DNA from: Candidatus Omnitrophota bacterium
GTDB taxonomy: Bacteria; Omnitrophota; Gorgyraeia; Zapsychrales; Zapsychraceae
Length of the DNA: 56,308 nucleotides
Assembly: GCA_003528115.1 (NCBI GenBank)
Contig: DOGZ01000035.1
Location: forward strand, 5,674 to 61,981
Direction: 5' to 3'
Numbering within the stretch: the first letter of the stretch is position 1; each line of letters begins with the position of its first letter. Shown piece after piece: positions 19,692-27,867 of this stretch. A program made the position numbers and the translations under genes. The notes beneath the pieces are model-generated. The model was not told where the DNA came from. It was given only the letters and a program-made list of their open reading frames with translations, and searched no databases.

Positions 19692-20331
19692 TTCGTCTGC
19701 TTCGCCCCAAATAACCAAACTTATTTTAATACGACACGGAGAAACGGCCTGGAATCGGCAAAGAAGATATCAGGGGCTTTCGGATACGTCTTTAACCGTC
19801 GCGTCGAGAAGGAAGATGCGGCAATTGGCGCAGGGGCTGAGGCCGGGGATGGCGGATATTTTATTTACCTCGGCCTTAAAGAGGGCGAAAGAATCCGGCG
19901 TTATCTTGGCCCGGTCGTTAGGTCTGAATCCGGTCGCGGATGAGCGGCTCAATGAACTGGATTTAGGCGACTGGGAAGGAAAAACCGCCGGCGAACTGAT
20001 GCAAAAAGCCGACAAGCGTTATTTAAAATGGATGTCCGGCGAATGGGTCACCCCGCCGAACGGAGAGTCGGTCCAGTCCCTGCGCAAAAGAATACGCGAT
20101 TTTCTAAAAGATATTCTAGGCGATCATCCGAATAAGAACATTATCGCGGTTTCCCATGCGGGACCTCTGAGGATGATTTTACTCGAGGCCTTGAAGATCC
20201 CATCAAAACACATATTTCAATACCGCATCGATCCGGGCTCTGTGACGATCATCAATTTTTATCCGGGGACAGTTGAATTACAGAGTCTTAATAATAATTT
20301 TGCCTTTTTTGAAATGCGAGTGGGGCAATAG
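19681..20331 (+). CDS. cobC: Alpha-ribazole/adenosylcobalamin-5'-phosphate phosphatase (histidine phosphatase)
   Basis: LIRHGET, G-WEG, PPNGES, VSHAG; located in the cob operon. Confidence 0.8.
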   Translation: MMADSSASPQITKLILIRHGETAWNRQRRYQGLSDTSLTVASRRKMRQLAQGLRPGMADILFTSALKRAKESGVILARSLGLNPVADERLNELDLGDWEGKTAGELMQKADKRYLKWMSGEWVTPPNGESVQSLRKRIRDFLKDILGDHPNKNIIAVSHAGPLRMILLEALKIPSKHIFQYRIDPGSVTIINFYPGTVELQSLNNNFAFFEMRVGQ

Positions 20332-20337
20332 TTTTAA

Positions 20338-20564
20338 GCCTTAAGGGAATATGCCCGAGGCGAGTTCCGGAGCCAACAGGCCTCTTCAGGCGGATGAGTC
20401 CGACGATCCGTCGCTCAAACAGTCCTCGCGGCGCGACTATTTCTTAAAGAATTTGTTGTAAGCCGCTTGCTGCGGAACTCGCTTGGGGATCATCGGACTC
20501 ATCCGCGTCCAGAAAGGGCTGTTGTGCGAGGACTGTCTGAGCCGCGGGCATATTCCCTTAAGGC
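20338..20564. mobile_element. 227-bp non-autonomous palindromic element with perfect 20-bp terminal inverted repeats
   Basis: GCCTTAAGGGAATATGCCCG (20338-20357) / CGGGCATATTCCCTTAAGGC (20545-20564), plus four internal inverted-repeat pairs; no ORF. Confidence 0.75.
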
Positions 20565-20622
20565 GTATTTAAGGTTACTCATGTGTAATTTCAAAGAACC
20601 ATAATTTTATTACTTTAAGACC

Positions 20623-21189
20623 ATGAACAGAATGATTCTCATCACCGGCGGACAGCGCAGCGGGAAGAGCCGTTACGCGCTGGCTTTGGCTAAAAAAATA
20701 TCCGACGCGGGCAAGGACAGGATTTTTCTGGCTACGGCTCAGGAGGTTGATCATGATTTGCGGGCGAGGATCGATAGGCATAAAGAAGATCGTGGAACCG
20801 AGTTTACGACTCTGGAAGAACCCCTGCATTTGGCTAAAGTCATCAAAGAGTTAAAGTCCCCGACGGGTGTGATCGTGATTGATTGTCTGACGGTCTGGGT
20901 TAACAATTTGCTGTATTACACGGACAGGGATCAGGCGGAAATTTCTCAGGAGGTGAACTCCTTTCTTCAAGCGCTGCTGTCCCGGCCGTGTCCCGTGGTT
21001 ATGGTGACGAATGAAGTCGGTTCGGGTATTATGCCGGAGAACACGTTGGCCAGGCGTTTCGCGGATGAGTTGGGAAGGATTAATCAGGAGATCGCCCGTC
21101 TGAGTGACGCGGTTGTTTTGATGACGGCGGGGATTCCGTTATATATCAAAGGAGGACAGGATGCGGGAGTTATGGATACAGCGTTCTAA
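20623..21189 (+). CDS. cobU: Bifunctional adenosylcobinamide kinase / cobinamide-phosphate guanylyltransferase
   Basis: GGQRSGKS P-loop, RIDRH, IDCLTVW, VTNEVGSGI, GRINQ. Confidence 0.95.
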   Translation: MNRMILITGGQRSGKSRYALALAKKISDAGKDRIFLATAQEVDHDLRARIDRHKEDRGTEFTTLEEPLHLAKVIKELKSPTGVIVIDCLTVWVNNLLYYTDRDQAEISQEVNSFLQALLSRPCPVVMVTNEVGSGIMPENTLARRFADELGRINQEIARLSDAVVLMTAGIPLYIKGGQDAGVMDTAF

Positions 21190-22228
21190 AGATATTCAGC
21201 CGCTGGATTCGATTTGGCGGCAAAAGGCGCGGCAGCGGCTTAAGGAGCAGACGCGGCCTGAAGGGAGCCTTGGATATTTGGAGACGTTGATAGAAAAAAT
21301 CGTGGCCATTCAGAAAAAAGACAGACCTTCTCTGGGGAAGAAAAAGATATTGATCTTCGCTGGTGATCATGGCGTTGAGGCGGAGGGCGTGAGCCTTTTC
21401 CCGCGGGATGTGACCAAGGCCATGGTGATGAATTTCTTAAATGGCGGCGCGACGATCAATGCCTTGGCCAGACATGTTTCCGCCGAGGTTGAAGTGATTG
21501 ATGTCGGAGTCGATGGACACTTTGAGGATCACCCCTGTCTGCGGAAGGCCAAAATCCGGCCAGGGACCAGGAATATAAAACGTGAGGCGGCCATGACCGC
21601 CGAAGAACTCGATCAGGCGTTGACGGTCGGCTGGGAGGCGGTTCATCAGGCCCGCGCCTCAGGGGTGGATATTCTGGGCATCGGAGAAATGGGCATTGGG
21701 AATACGACCGCGGCGAGCGCGGTCATCGCCGGGTGTTTGCATCAGGAGGCCCAAGGCGTCACCGGTCGCGGCACGGGACTCGACGATCAAGCCTTAGAGC
21801 ATAAAATACGCGTCATTGACCAAGCCCTTGTTCTTCACAAGACTTCTTTAGGGTCTCCGTTGGGTGTCCTGCAATGTCTGGGCGGATACGAGATCGCGGC
21901 CATGACGGGCGCGATTCTGGCCTGCGCCCACCTGGGTCTGCCGTTGGTCATTGACGGATGGGTTGTCGCCGCGGCGGTCCTGGTTGCCTTTCAGTTAAAT
22001 CCCGTCGTCCTGGAGTATATTTTCATGGCGCATCAATCCCAGGAAAAGGGCCACCGGCTGATATTGGAAGCAATCAAGACAAAACCTATTCTTGATCTTT
22101 CCATGAGATTGGGAGAGGCCAGCGGGGCGGCCTTGGCCATGGGGATTCTCGAGGCGGGGGTGCGCGTTTATAATGAAGTCGCCACGTTCGCGGAGGCGAA
22201 AGTGGGAGAGAGGAAAGCACGAGACTAA
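21161..22228 (+). CDS. cobT: Nicotinate-nucleotide-dimethylbenzimidazole phosphoribosyltransferase
   Basis: GSLG, FAGDHGV, GEMGIGNTT, GRGTG, MRLGEASGA. Confidence 0.96.
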   Translation: MRELWIQRSKDIQPLDSIWRQKARQRLKEQTRPEGSLGYLETLIEKIVAIQKKDRPSLGKKKILIFAGDHGVEAEGVSLFPRDVTKAMVMNFLNGGATINALARHVSAEVEVIDVGVDGHFEDHPCLRKAKIRPGTRNIKREAAMTAEELDQALTVGWEAVHQARASGVDILGIGEMGIGNTTAASAVIAGCLHQEAQGVTGRGTGLDDQALEHKIRVIDQALVLHKTSLGSPLGVLQCLGGYEIAAMTGAILACAHLGLPLVIDGWVVAAAVLVAFQLNPVVLEYIFMAHQSQEKGHRLILEAIKTKPILDLSMRLGEASGAALAMGILEAGVRVYNEVATFAEAKVGERKARD

Positions 22229-22270
22229 AGGCCAAAGACTAAAGACCAAGGACCGAAGATGGATGACCGA
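22222..22270. repeat. Degenerate heptamer tandem repeat, 7 units of about AGACYAA
   Basis: AGACTAA AGGCCAA AGACTAA AGACCAA GGACCGA AGATGGA TGACCGA between cobT and cobS. Confidence 0.6.
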
Positions 22271-22278
22271 AAGGGTTC

Positions 22279-23040
22279 ATGAAATTTATGATTCATTTGT
22301 TGTATGATTTCCTCAGCGCTGTTTCTTTTTTGACCATTGTCCCGATTCCATCACGGATATTGAGCAAGACGAGGTCTTTGGTTTCGTCCATGGTTTTTTA
22401 TCCGTTCATAGGTTTTTTGATCGCCGCGCTGTCATTAGGGCTTGTGGCCGGTTTAAAGCCTTTCTTGTCCGAGCGTCTGGAAAGTCTTTTACTTGTTTTG
22501 TTCCCGATCCTTTTATCCGGAGGGCTTCATGTCGATGGATTGGCCGATTTCTTTGACGGGTTCTTTCAGGGGAGAAACAGAGAAGGCATCCTGGCGGTGA
22601 TGAAAGATTCCCGCATCGGCGTTTGGGGGACGCTGAGTGTTGTTTTTCTCGTGCTTTTAAAGTGGGAGTTCTTGATGATCGTGCCTGTGAGAGAGATGAG
22701 TTTTCTGACGGCGTTGACCTTTTCCCGATGGTCGTTTGTGGTCTTGAGTTATCTTTTTCCCTACGCGCGCCCCGAAGGAGGATTAGGACAGGCCTTTGCC
22801 GGCAAGGTGGGATTTCGGGAACTGGCCGTCGCGAGCGCTTCCTGTCTGGCGATGAATTGTATTCTTGGATCGCTGGGGATAGGCCTTTTTATCGGATCGG
22901 CCCTCTTCGTTTTTTGTGCTGGGAAATTCTATCAAAAAAAAATAGGCGGCATAACCGGCGACTTGATGGGAGCCACGGGGGAAATGCTGGAGGTGTTCAT
23001 TTACTTTCTCATCGTTCTATTGTCGGTATGGATTAAATAA
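22279..23040 (+). CDS. cobS: Adenosylcobinamide-GDP ribazoletransferase (cobalamin synthase)
   Basis: GGLHVDGLADFFDG, MKDSRIG, GGITGD; polytopic membrane protein. Confidence 0.95.
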   Translation: MKFMIHLLYDFLSAVSFLTIVPIPSRILSKTRSLVSSMVFYPFIGFLIAALSLGLVAGLKPFLSERLESLLLVLFPILLSGGLHVDGLADFFDGFFQGRNREGILAVMKDSRIGVWGTLSVVFLVLLKWEFLMIVPVREMSFLTALTFSRWSFVVLSYLFPYARPEGGLGQAFAGKVGFRELAVASASCLAMNCILGSLGIGLFIGSALFVFCAGKFYQKKIGGITGDLMGATGEMLEVFIYFLIVLLSVWIK

Positions 23041-23657
23041 TGTTTTCCTGGCTTGAGCCAGAGCCGGGGAGAGGAATGCGTATGGATCATCGAGAAGACC
23101 GGGCGCCCCGTCAATACAAAGCAACTAAGGGCTTTACGAAAAAGGGCCTGATTATGGTTTACACCGGCGAGGGGAAGGGAAAAACCACCGCGGCCGTGGG
23201 GACGGCTTTACGGGCTTTGGGTCATGGGTACAAGGTCGCGATCGTTCAATTTATTAAAGGGAAATGGAAGACCGGCGAGGAAAAGGCTTTAAAGATGTTT
23301 CGTGGACAATGTGATGTCTTTGTCCTGGGAGACGGATTCACCTGGGAAACCGGGGGATTGGAAAGAGATGTCGAAACAGCCCGCAAGGCCTGGATCAAAT
23401 GTTGTGATCTGTTGTCGGATCAGGAACATCAGTTGGTCATCCTGGATGAGATCAATAATGTCATTGACTACAATTTCCTCGACGCTCAGGAAGTGATCCG
23501 TCAACTCAAAGAAAAGCCTCCTTTTAAACATGTCCTCCTGACGGGCCGGGGCGCCCCGCAGGCCTTGATGGATATGGCGGATCTTGTCACGCGGATGACC
23601 TGCGTCAAACATCCCTTTGATAAAGGAATCAAGGCCCAACCCGGGATAGATTATTGA
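23040..23657 (+). CDS. cobO: Cob(I)alamin/corrinoid adenosyltransferase (CobA/CobO/BtuR); likely start 23076 or 23082
   Basis: YTGEGKGKTTAA, VQFIKG, LDEI, TGR, KHPF, GIDY. Confidence 0.94.
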   Translation: MFSWLEPEPGRGMRMDHREDRAPRQYKATKGFTKKGLIMVYTGEGKGKTTAAVGTALRALGHGYKVAIVQFIKGKWKTGEEKALKMFRGQCDVFVLGDGFTWETGGLERDVETARKAWIKCCDLLSDQEHQLVILDEINNVIDYNFLDAQEVIRQLKEKPPFKHVLLTGRGAPQALMDMADLVTRMTCVKHPFDKGIKAQPGIDY

Positions 23658-23669
23658 CCTCCGTACAAC

Positions 23670-23798
23670 TAATGGAACCGTATCCTTCAGAGAACGTGGG
23701 TCGAGATATCCCTGCTTTCCTTAACAAATATTCAGACGGAGCAGGGACATCCCAACATCCTCCAAATAATTATTAGAGGAAAGTTGGGGCTGACTACC
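23670..23798 (-). repeat. ~130-bp structured dispersed repeat, copy 1
   Basis: Reverse complement aligns with 56158-56287, about 13 substitutions and 1 indel by manual alignment. Confidence 0.9.
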
Positions 23799-23907
23799 TA
23801 GTGTTCCTTTATTTTTGTAAAAGTCAGTATTGATCTGCGCGCCCTCTTCAATTCTCCCAACGAGCAGAAAAGGATTTATGGTTTAGATACAACCCTAAGT
23901 CGATGAT

Positions 23908-24066
23908 TTAAAAAAGCGTATAAATAAAAGGCGCGACGGCTGAGGTTTGGGAGAAGATGATCAGGACGCTCAAGAGGATCAACAGGAGAAGTATGGGGGC
24001 GAGCCAGAATTTTTTTCTCACCTTCAGGAACTCCCAGAATTCTTTAATAATGGACGTCTTTGACAT
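23908..24066 (-). CDS. DUF5989 / SxtK-like 52-aa single-TM protein (not in ORF track)
   Basis: MSKTSIIKEFWEFLKVRKKFWLAPILLLLILLSVLIIFSQTSAVAPFIYTLF*; AAAGGA RBS upstream; RKKFWLAP and APFIYTLF signatures; follows the SxtJ-like gene. Confidence 0.9.
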   Translation of the reverse strand: MSKTSIIKEFWEFLKVRKKFWLAPILLLLILLSVLIIFSQTSAVAPFIYTLF

Positions 24067-24087
24067 GGTTTTTTCCTTTGTAAAGTG

Positions 24088-24164
24088 CCAATTTCACCTC
24101 CGGAGGTGAAATTGGATAAATTTATCCGCCGTAGCTGAACGCGAAAGCATTTCAGCGAAGGCGG
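24088..24164. repeat. Three abutting palindromes (REP-like cluster)
   Basis: CCAATTTCACCTCC|GGAGGTGAAATTGG (24088-24115), GGATAAA|TTTATCC (24114-24127), CCGCCGTAGCTGAA...TTCAGCGAAGGCGG (24126-24164). Confidence 0.75.
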
Positions 24165-24165
24165 G

Positions 24166-24564
24166 CTAAAATTGTTTTGTGTAATCGGTTTTATTAAAAG
24201 GTTTTAATTCCCTCTTTATCCAATAACTCGTCGCCTTTGGGTCAATTTTAGTTTCAAGCCAGTCTTTCTTCAGGACGCGACGTAAAATCCCCACAAAGCT
24301 AAAAACGCCGTAATACATCAGGGTGAGAATAATAGCGGTCACTACTCCCCCGATGAAGCGCGCCACGCGCATCCATCGGTTATAAACTTTAAGAAGCCAG
24401 TCTTGCCTGAACAGGGTCAGGAGCAAGAAAGTTCCCCCTAAAAGGATCAAGATCCCCGGGGCGGCTCCCCATCCATGTTTCCACCCCCATCGTAAGGCGA
24501 TCACCGAGAAGATGACGCTGAAGCCATAACCGAAAACTAGTAATTTTTTCTTTTGCGGGGTCAT
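24166..24564 (-). CDS. SxtJ-family membrane protein
   Basis: 132 aa, 2-3 TM, YNRWM...IG, SYWIKR, terminal YTKQF; directly downstream of the carbamoyltransferase. Confidence 0.85.
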   Translation of the reverse strand: MTPQKKKLLVFGYGFSVIFSVIALRWGWKHGWGAAPGILILLGGTFLLLTLFRQDWLLKVYNRWMRVARFIGGVVTAIILTLMYYGVFSFVGILRRVLKKDWLETKIDPKATSYWIKRELKPFNKTDYTKQF

Positions 24565-24574
24565 TAGTGCACTA

Positions 24575-26407
24575 TTAGTCGAGTATTTGAGAAATGTCTT
24601 CTTTCTTGAATTTGTCTTTTTGGGGCTGAGCTATTTTATCAAAGAAATAATTTTCCACAATCAGGTAATCCATGTTGGTGCACATAAAGCACCGGTAAGC
24701 GTCTTCCGGGGTGCAGACAATGGGTTCTCCACGGATATTAAAGGAAGTATTGATAACGACCGGACAGCCTGTGAGCTTGTAAAACTCTTCAATGATTTGA
24801 TAAAAAAAGGGATTTGTTTCCTGAGAAACGGTTTGCACACGGGCTGAATAATCAACGTGCGTCACGGCAGGAATGCGGGAGCGGTTGACTTTCAGTTTGT
24901 CCAGGAGGTCCGTGCCGGTTGTCTTGGCGTCTGGATAAATCATGTTTTTATGCACAGGGGCCACGAGGAGCATGTACGGGCTTGAGCCGTTAATCTCGAA
25001 ATATTCCGGGGCTTTGTCTTCAAGCACGCTGGGGGCGAAAGGACGAAAGGATTCCCGGAATTTTGTTTTGACATTCAAGAGCGATTGCATCTGCGTGGAT
25101 CGGGCATCGGCGATGATGCTGCGGTTCCCCAGGGCGCGGGGCCCAAATTCCATGGGCCCGTGGAAGAGTCCCACAATTTTCTGGTCCTTGATACATTGGG
25201 CGATCTTGACGGCGAGGTCGCGCGATTCATAGCGTTGAAAGTCCGCTGCGTATTGAGTCCTGAGGGCGTTGATGTCCGCGTCATTTCCTTGAGGCCCGAG
25301 GTATGAACCTTTTTGAAAATCATGGGTGTTGTCGGCCTTGCGCGGATTCCCCAAATACCGATGCCAGATAAACAGGGCGGAACCCAGGGCGCTGCCAGCG
25401 TCGCCCGCAGCGGGCTGGATCCATATTTTCTTAAACGGCCCTTCCCGCAGGATCTTTCCGTTCCCCACACAGTTCAGGGCCACGCCTCCGGCCAGACATA
25501 AATAATCTTTTTTCGTGACGGCGTGGACATGATGGGCCATTTTGACCATGATTTCTTCCGTGACTTCCTGAATGGAGCGGGCGATGTCCGCGTCGCGTTG
25601 CGTGATCTTTGTCTCCGGCCTTCGGGGAGGAGCTCCGAACAGATCGTGAAACCTGGTGTTGGTCATGGTGAGTCCGACACAATAATTAAAGTATTTCATA
25701 TTCAGTTTGAAGGAGCCGTCGTCCTTCAAATCGAGGAGTTCTTTTTTAATCAGATCCCGATATTTCGGCTCGCCGTAAGGGGCCAGTCCCATGAGTTTAT
25801 ATTCGCCGGAGTTGACGCGAAAGCCGGTGTAATAGGTAAACGCGGAATACAACAGTCCCAGGGAATGGGGGAATTTCATCTCGGATATGAGTTCGAACTG
25901 ATTCCCTTTTCCGGATCCAAAACTGGACGTGGCCCACTCCCCGACGCCGTCGAGTGTTAATATGGCGGCTTCATCAAAAGGGGAGGGGAAGAAGGCCGAG
26001 GCCGCGTGCGATTCGTGATGTTCGGTGAAGAGGATCTCTCCGTCGTAATTCAGTTCCTGGGCGATATAATCCTTTAAGAATATTTTCTTCTTGAGCCAGA
26101 GAGGCATGGCCTTGAGAAAAGAGCGCAGGCCGGACGGGGCAAAATGCAGATAGGTCAGAAGAAGACGTTCAAATTTCAGAAACGGTTTTTCATAGTATCC
26201 GACAAAATCGACGTCCTGGATGGTGATGTGCGCGGCGTTAAGGCAGTAGTGGACGGCGTTATGAGGAAACGCGTCATCGTGTTTCTTGCGGGTGAAGCGT
26301 TCTTCCTGGGCCGCGGCGACAATTTCCCCGTTTTTGATAAGACAGGCCGCGCTGTCGTGATAAAAGGCGGAGATTCCCAGGATGTGCATGTTATCGCGCT
26401 TGGACAT
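24575..26407 (-). CDS. NodU/CmcH/SxtI-family O-carbamoyltransferase
   Basis: ILGISAFYHDSAA, EERFTR-KH, EHHESHAAS, GEYKLMGLAPYG, AGGVALNC, EFGPRALGNRS, RPFAP, NTSFN. Confidence 0.96.
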   Translation of the reverse strand: MSKRDNMHILGISAFYHDSAACLIKNGEIVAAAQEERFTRKKHDDAFPHNAVHYCLNAAHITIQDVDFVGYYEKPFLKFERLLLTYLHFAPSGLRSFLKAMPLWLKKKIFLKDYIAQELNYDGEILFTEHHESHAASAFFPSPFDEAAILTLDGVGEWATSSFGSGKGNQFELISEMKFPHSLGLLYSAFTYYTGFRVNSGEYKLMGLAPYGEPKYRDLIKKELLDLKDDGSFKLNMKYFNYCVGLTMTNTRFHDLFGAPPRRPETKITQRDADIARSIQEVTEEIMVKMAHHVHAVTKKDYLCLAGGVALNCVGNGKILREGPFKKIWIQPAAGDAGSALGSALFIWHRYLGNPRKADNTHDFQKGSYLGPQGNDADINALRTQYAADFQRYESRDLAVKIAQCIKDQKIVGLFHGPMEFGPRALGNRSIIADARSTQMQSLLNVKTKFRESFRPFAPSVLEDKAPEYFEINGSSPYMLLVAPVHKNMIYPDAKTTGTDLLDKLKVNRSRIPAVTHVDYSARVQTVSQETNPFFYQIIEEFYKLTGCPVVINTSFNIRGEPIVCTPEDAYRCFMCTNMDYLIVENYFFDKIAQPQKDKFKKEDISQILD

Positions 26408-27863
26408 GGGGTTCGAAAGGGGTGTTATGTTTTTTATATTGCAAAAGCGCCTCTAGCATGCAGGCAATGAGAATTAAATAGAGAGGGACAATGGGAAAGG
26501 CGTAGCGTGTCAGAATGGAAAAAAGGGAATATAACCCGATGAACCCGATTATTTGAATAAAGATAAATAATAAAATTCCCGTTTCAGGAGTTGGGGATGC
26601 AAATACCTTTTTCCTGTGAATGACGATACGCCGGCAAAGATAAATGAAAGAAAGCATGGTCAGGAAGCTCATGATAAACCGGAGGCCATTCTTGAAAGGA
26701 GAGAAATTGAATAGTCGATTTAAAGCCGGCGGATAGGTCACGAAGCCAATCCTGGTCGATTCCCAAAAAAACATTTTTGTGCTCTCGATCGTTGTCGCGA
26801 CGAGGTAGCGAACAGGGTTCTTGCGCATGTCTTGGGTCGCTAGGGCGAGAAGACGGGCATTAGTTTCTTTTGGGGAGAAGCCCTCAGCGTGAAAGTACAG
26901 TAATTTCGTCATGCCGATGAAATCCGAGGTTTGAAACGCCCACGCGTTACACTCTTCCTCACTAAAGGCCGAGAGGCAGGCGCCTTCCCCGGCGCTGAAT
27001 GCCAGTCCGGCCGCTATTTTCCTGGGAGAGAGCTGCTGAATCCGTTTCTCGGCCGCCCCATACAACATCCACGCTCCCCGGTCGGTGACGGTATAATAGC
27101 CGTTGTGGCGTTGGTTCATCATTTTATAAAAACCCGTGATCGATTGAGTGATGATTAAAGAGGTCAGGAAGAAAAGGAAAGCCTTCAAGCATAAAACCCT
27201 TTGACGGGAAAATACGCCTTTAAGGATTAACAGAACAAAAGGAAGCATCAGAAATAAGGAGAGATATTCAAAGGCGCCTTTAACGGATGTCGTCAAGGAA
27301 AAGAGTATCCCCAGGGAAACGGCGTAAAAGAAGAGTTGAATCCCCTTGAATTCATTTTTGAGCAGAGCGTCAAAAGATTTGGAGCCGATTAAAATAATGC
27401 CAAGAACCAAAGGGTAAGAAATGATCTCGGAAAACAGGCTAAAAGCCGAGTTCACGAGAGCGGGAGAAAAGCCGATGTACAGGGTGGTCAACAGGATGAG
27501 GACGGGGCGTATCCCAAGACGCCGCATCAAGCGAGCGGCGAGGAATTGCGTCAGGAACAAAAAGGCAACCTGGATCAAGGCCTGGATGGTTTGATACGAT
27601 AACGACAGGCGCGGCGCCAATCTCATGGAAAGCGAAATCAGAAACGGGTAGAGGGGCTCCCGATGAGGCCCTGTTCGAAAATATTCCAGCCAGCCGTCTT
27701 GAGCGAGCATGGTCCCCAGATCTTCATAACCGATAGCGTCATGCACAATTTCCATCTTCGTTGAGAAACATAAATACATCCAATAGAAGAACGATACCGT
27801 CGTTGCCAGGAGCAAAGGGTAATTGTTAATCCCGGAAGATAGTTTCTTTAAAAACGTTCGCAT
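26391..27863 (-). CDS. Polytopic GT-C-like membrane protein
   Basis: HDAIGY first loop, REPLYPFL, FSEI, late RYAFP; about 11 TM; overlaps the carbamoyltransferase start. Confidence 0.65.
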   Translation of the reverse strand: MRTFLKKLSSGINNYPLLLATTVSFFYWMYLCFSTKMEIVHDAIGYEDLGTMLAQDGWLEYFRTGPHREPLYPFLISLSMRLAPRLSLSYQTIQALIQVAFLFLTQFLAARLMRRLGIRPVLILLTTLYIGFSPALVNSAFSLFSEIISYPLVLGIILIGSKSFDALLKNEFKGIQLFFYAVSLGILFSLTTSVKGAFEYLSLFLMLPFVLLILKGVFSRQRVLCLKAFLFFLTSLIITQSITGFYKMMNQRHNGYYTVTDRGAWMLYGAAEKRIQQLSPRKIAAGLAFSAGEGACLSAFSEEECNAWAFQTSDFIGMTKLLYFHAEGFSPKETNARLLALATQDMRKNPVRYLVATTIESTKMFFWESTRIGFVTYPPALNRLFNFSPFKNGLRFIMSFLTMLSFIYLCRRIVIHRKKVFASPTPETGILLFIFIQIIGFIGLYSLFSILTRYAFPIVPLYLILIACMLEALLQYKKHNTPFEPHVQAR

Positions 27864-27867
27864 TTTC

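Noticed and set aside
20338-20564. CRISPR array or tRNA
   Set aside because: Repeats are inverted, not direct repeat-spacer units; no cloverleaf and no cas genes.
23908-26407. Saxitoxin biosynthesis suggested by sxtI/J/K homologs
   Set aside because: No sxtA, sxtG or sxtB-type core genes in the window; the trio is widespread and sits here among envelope-glycan genes.
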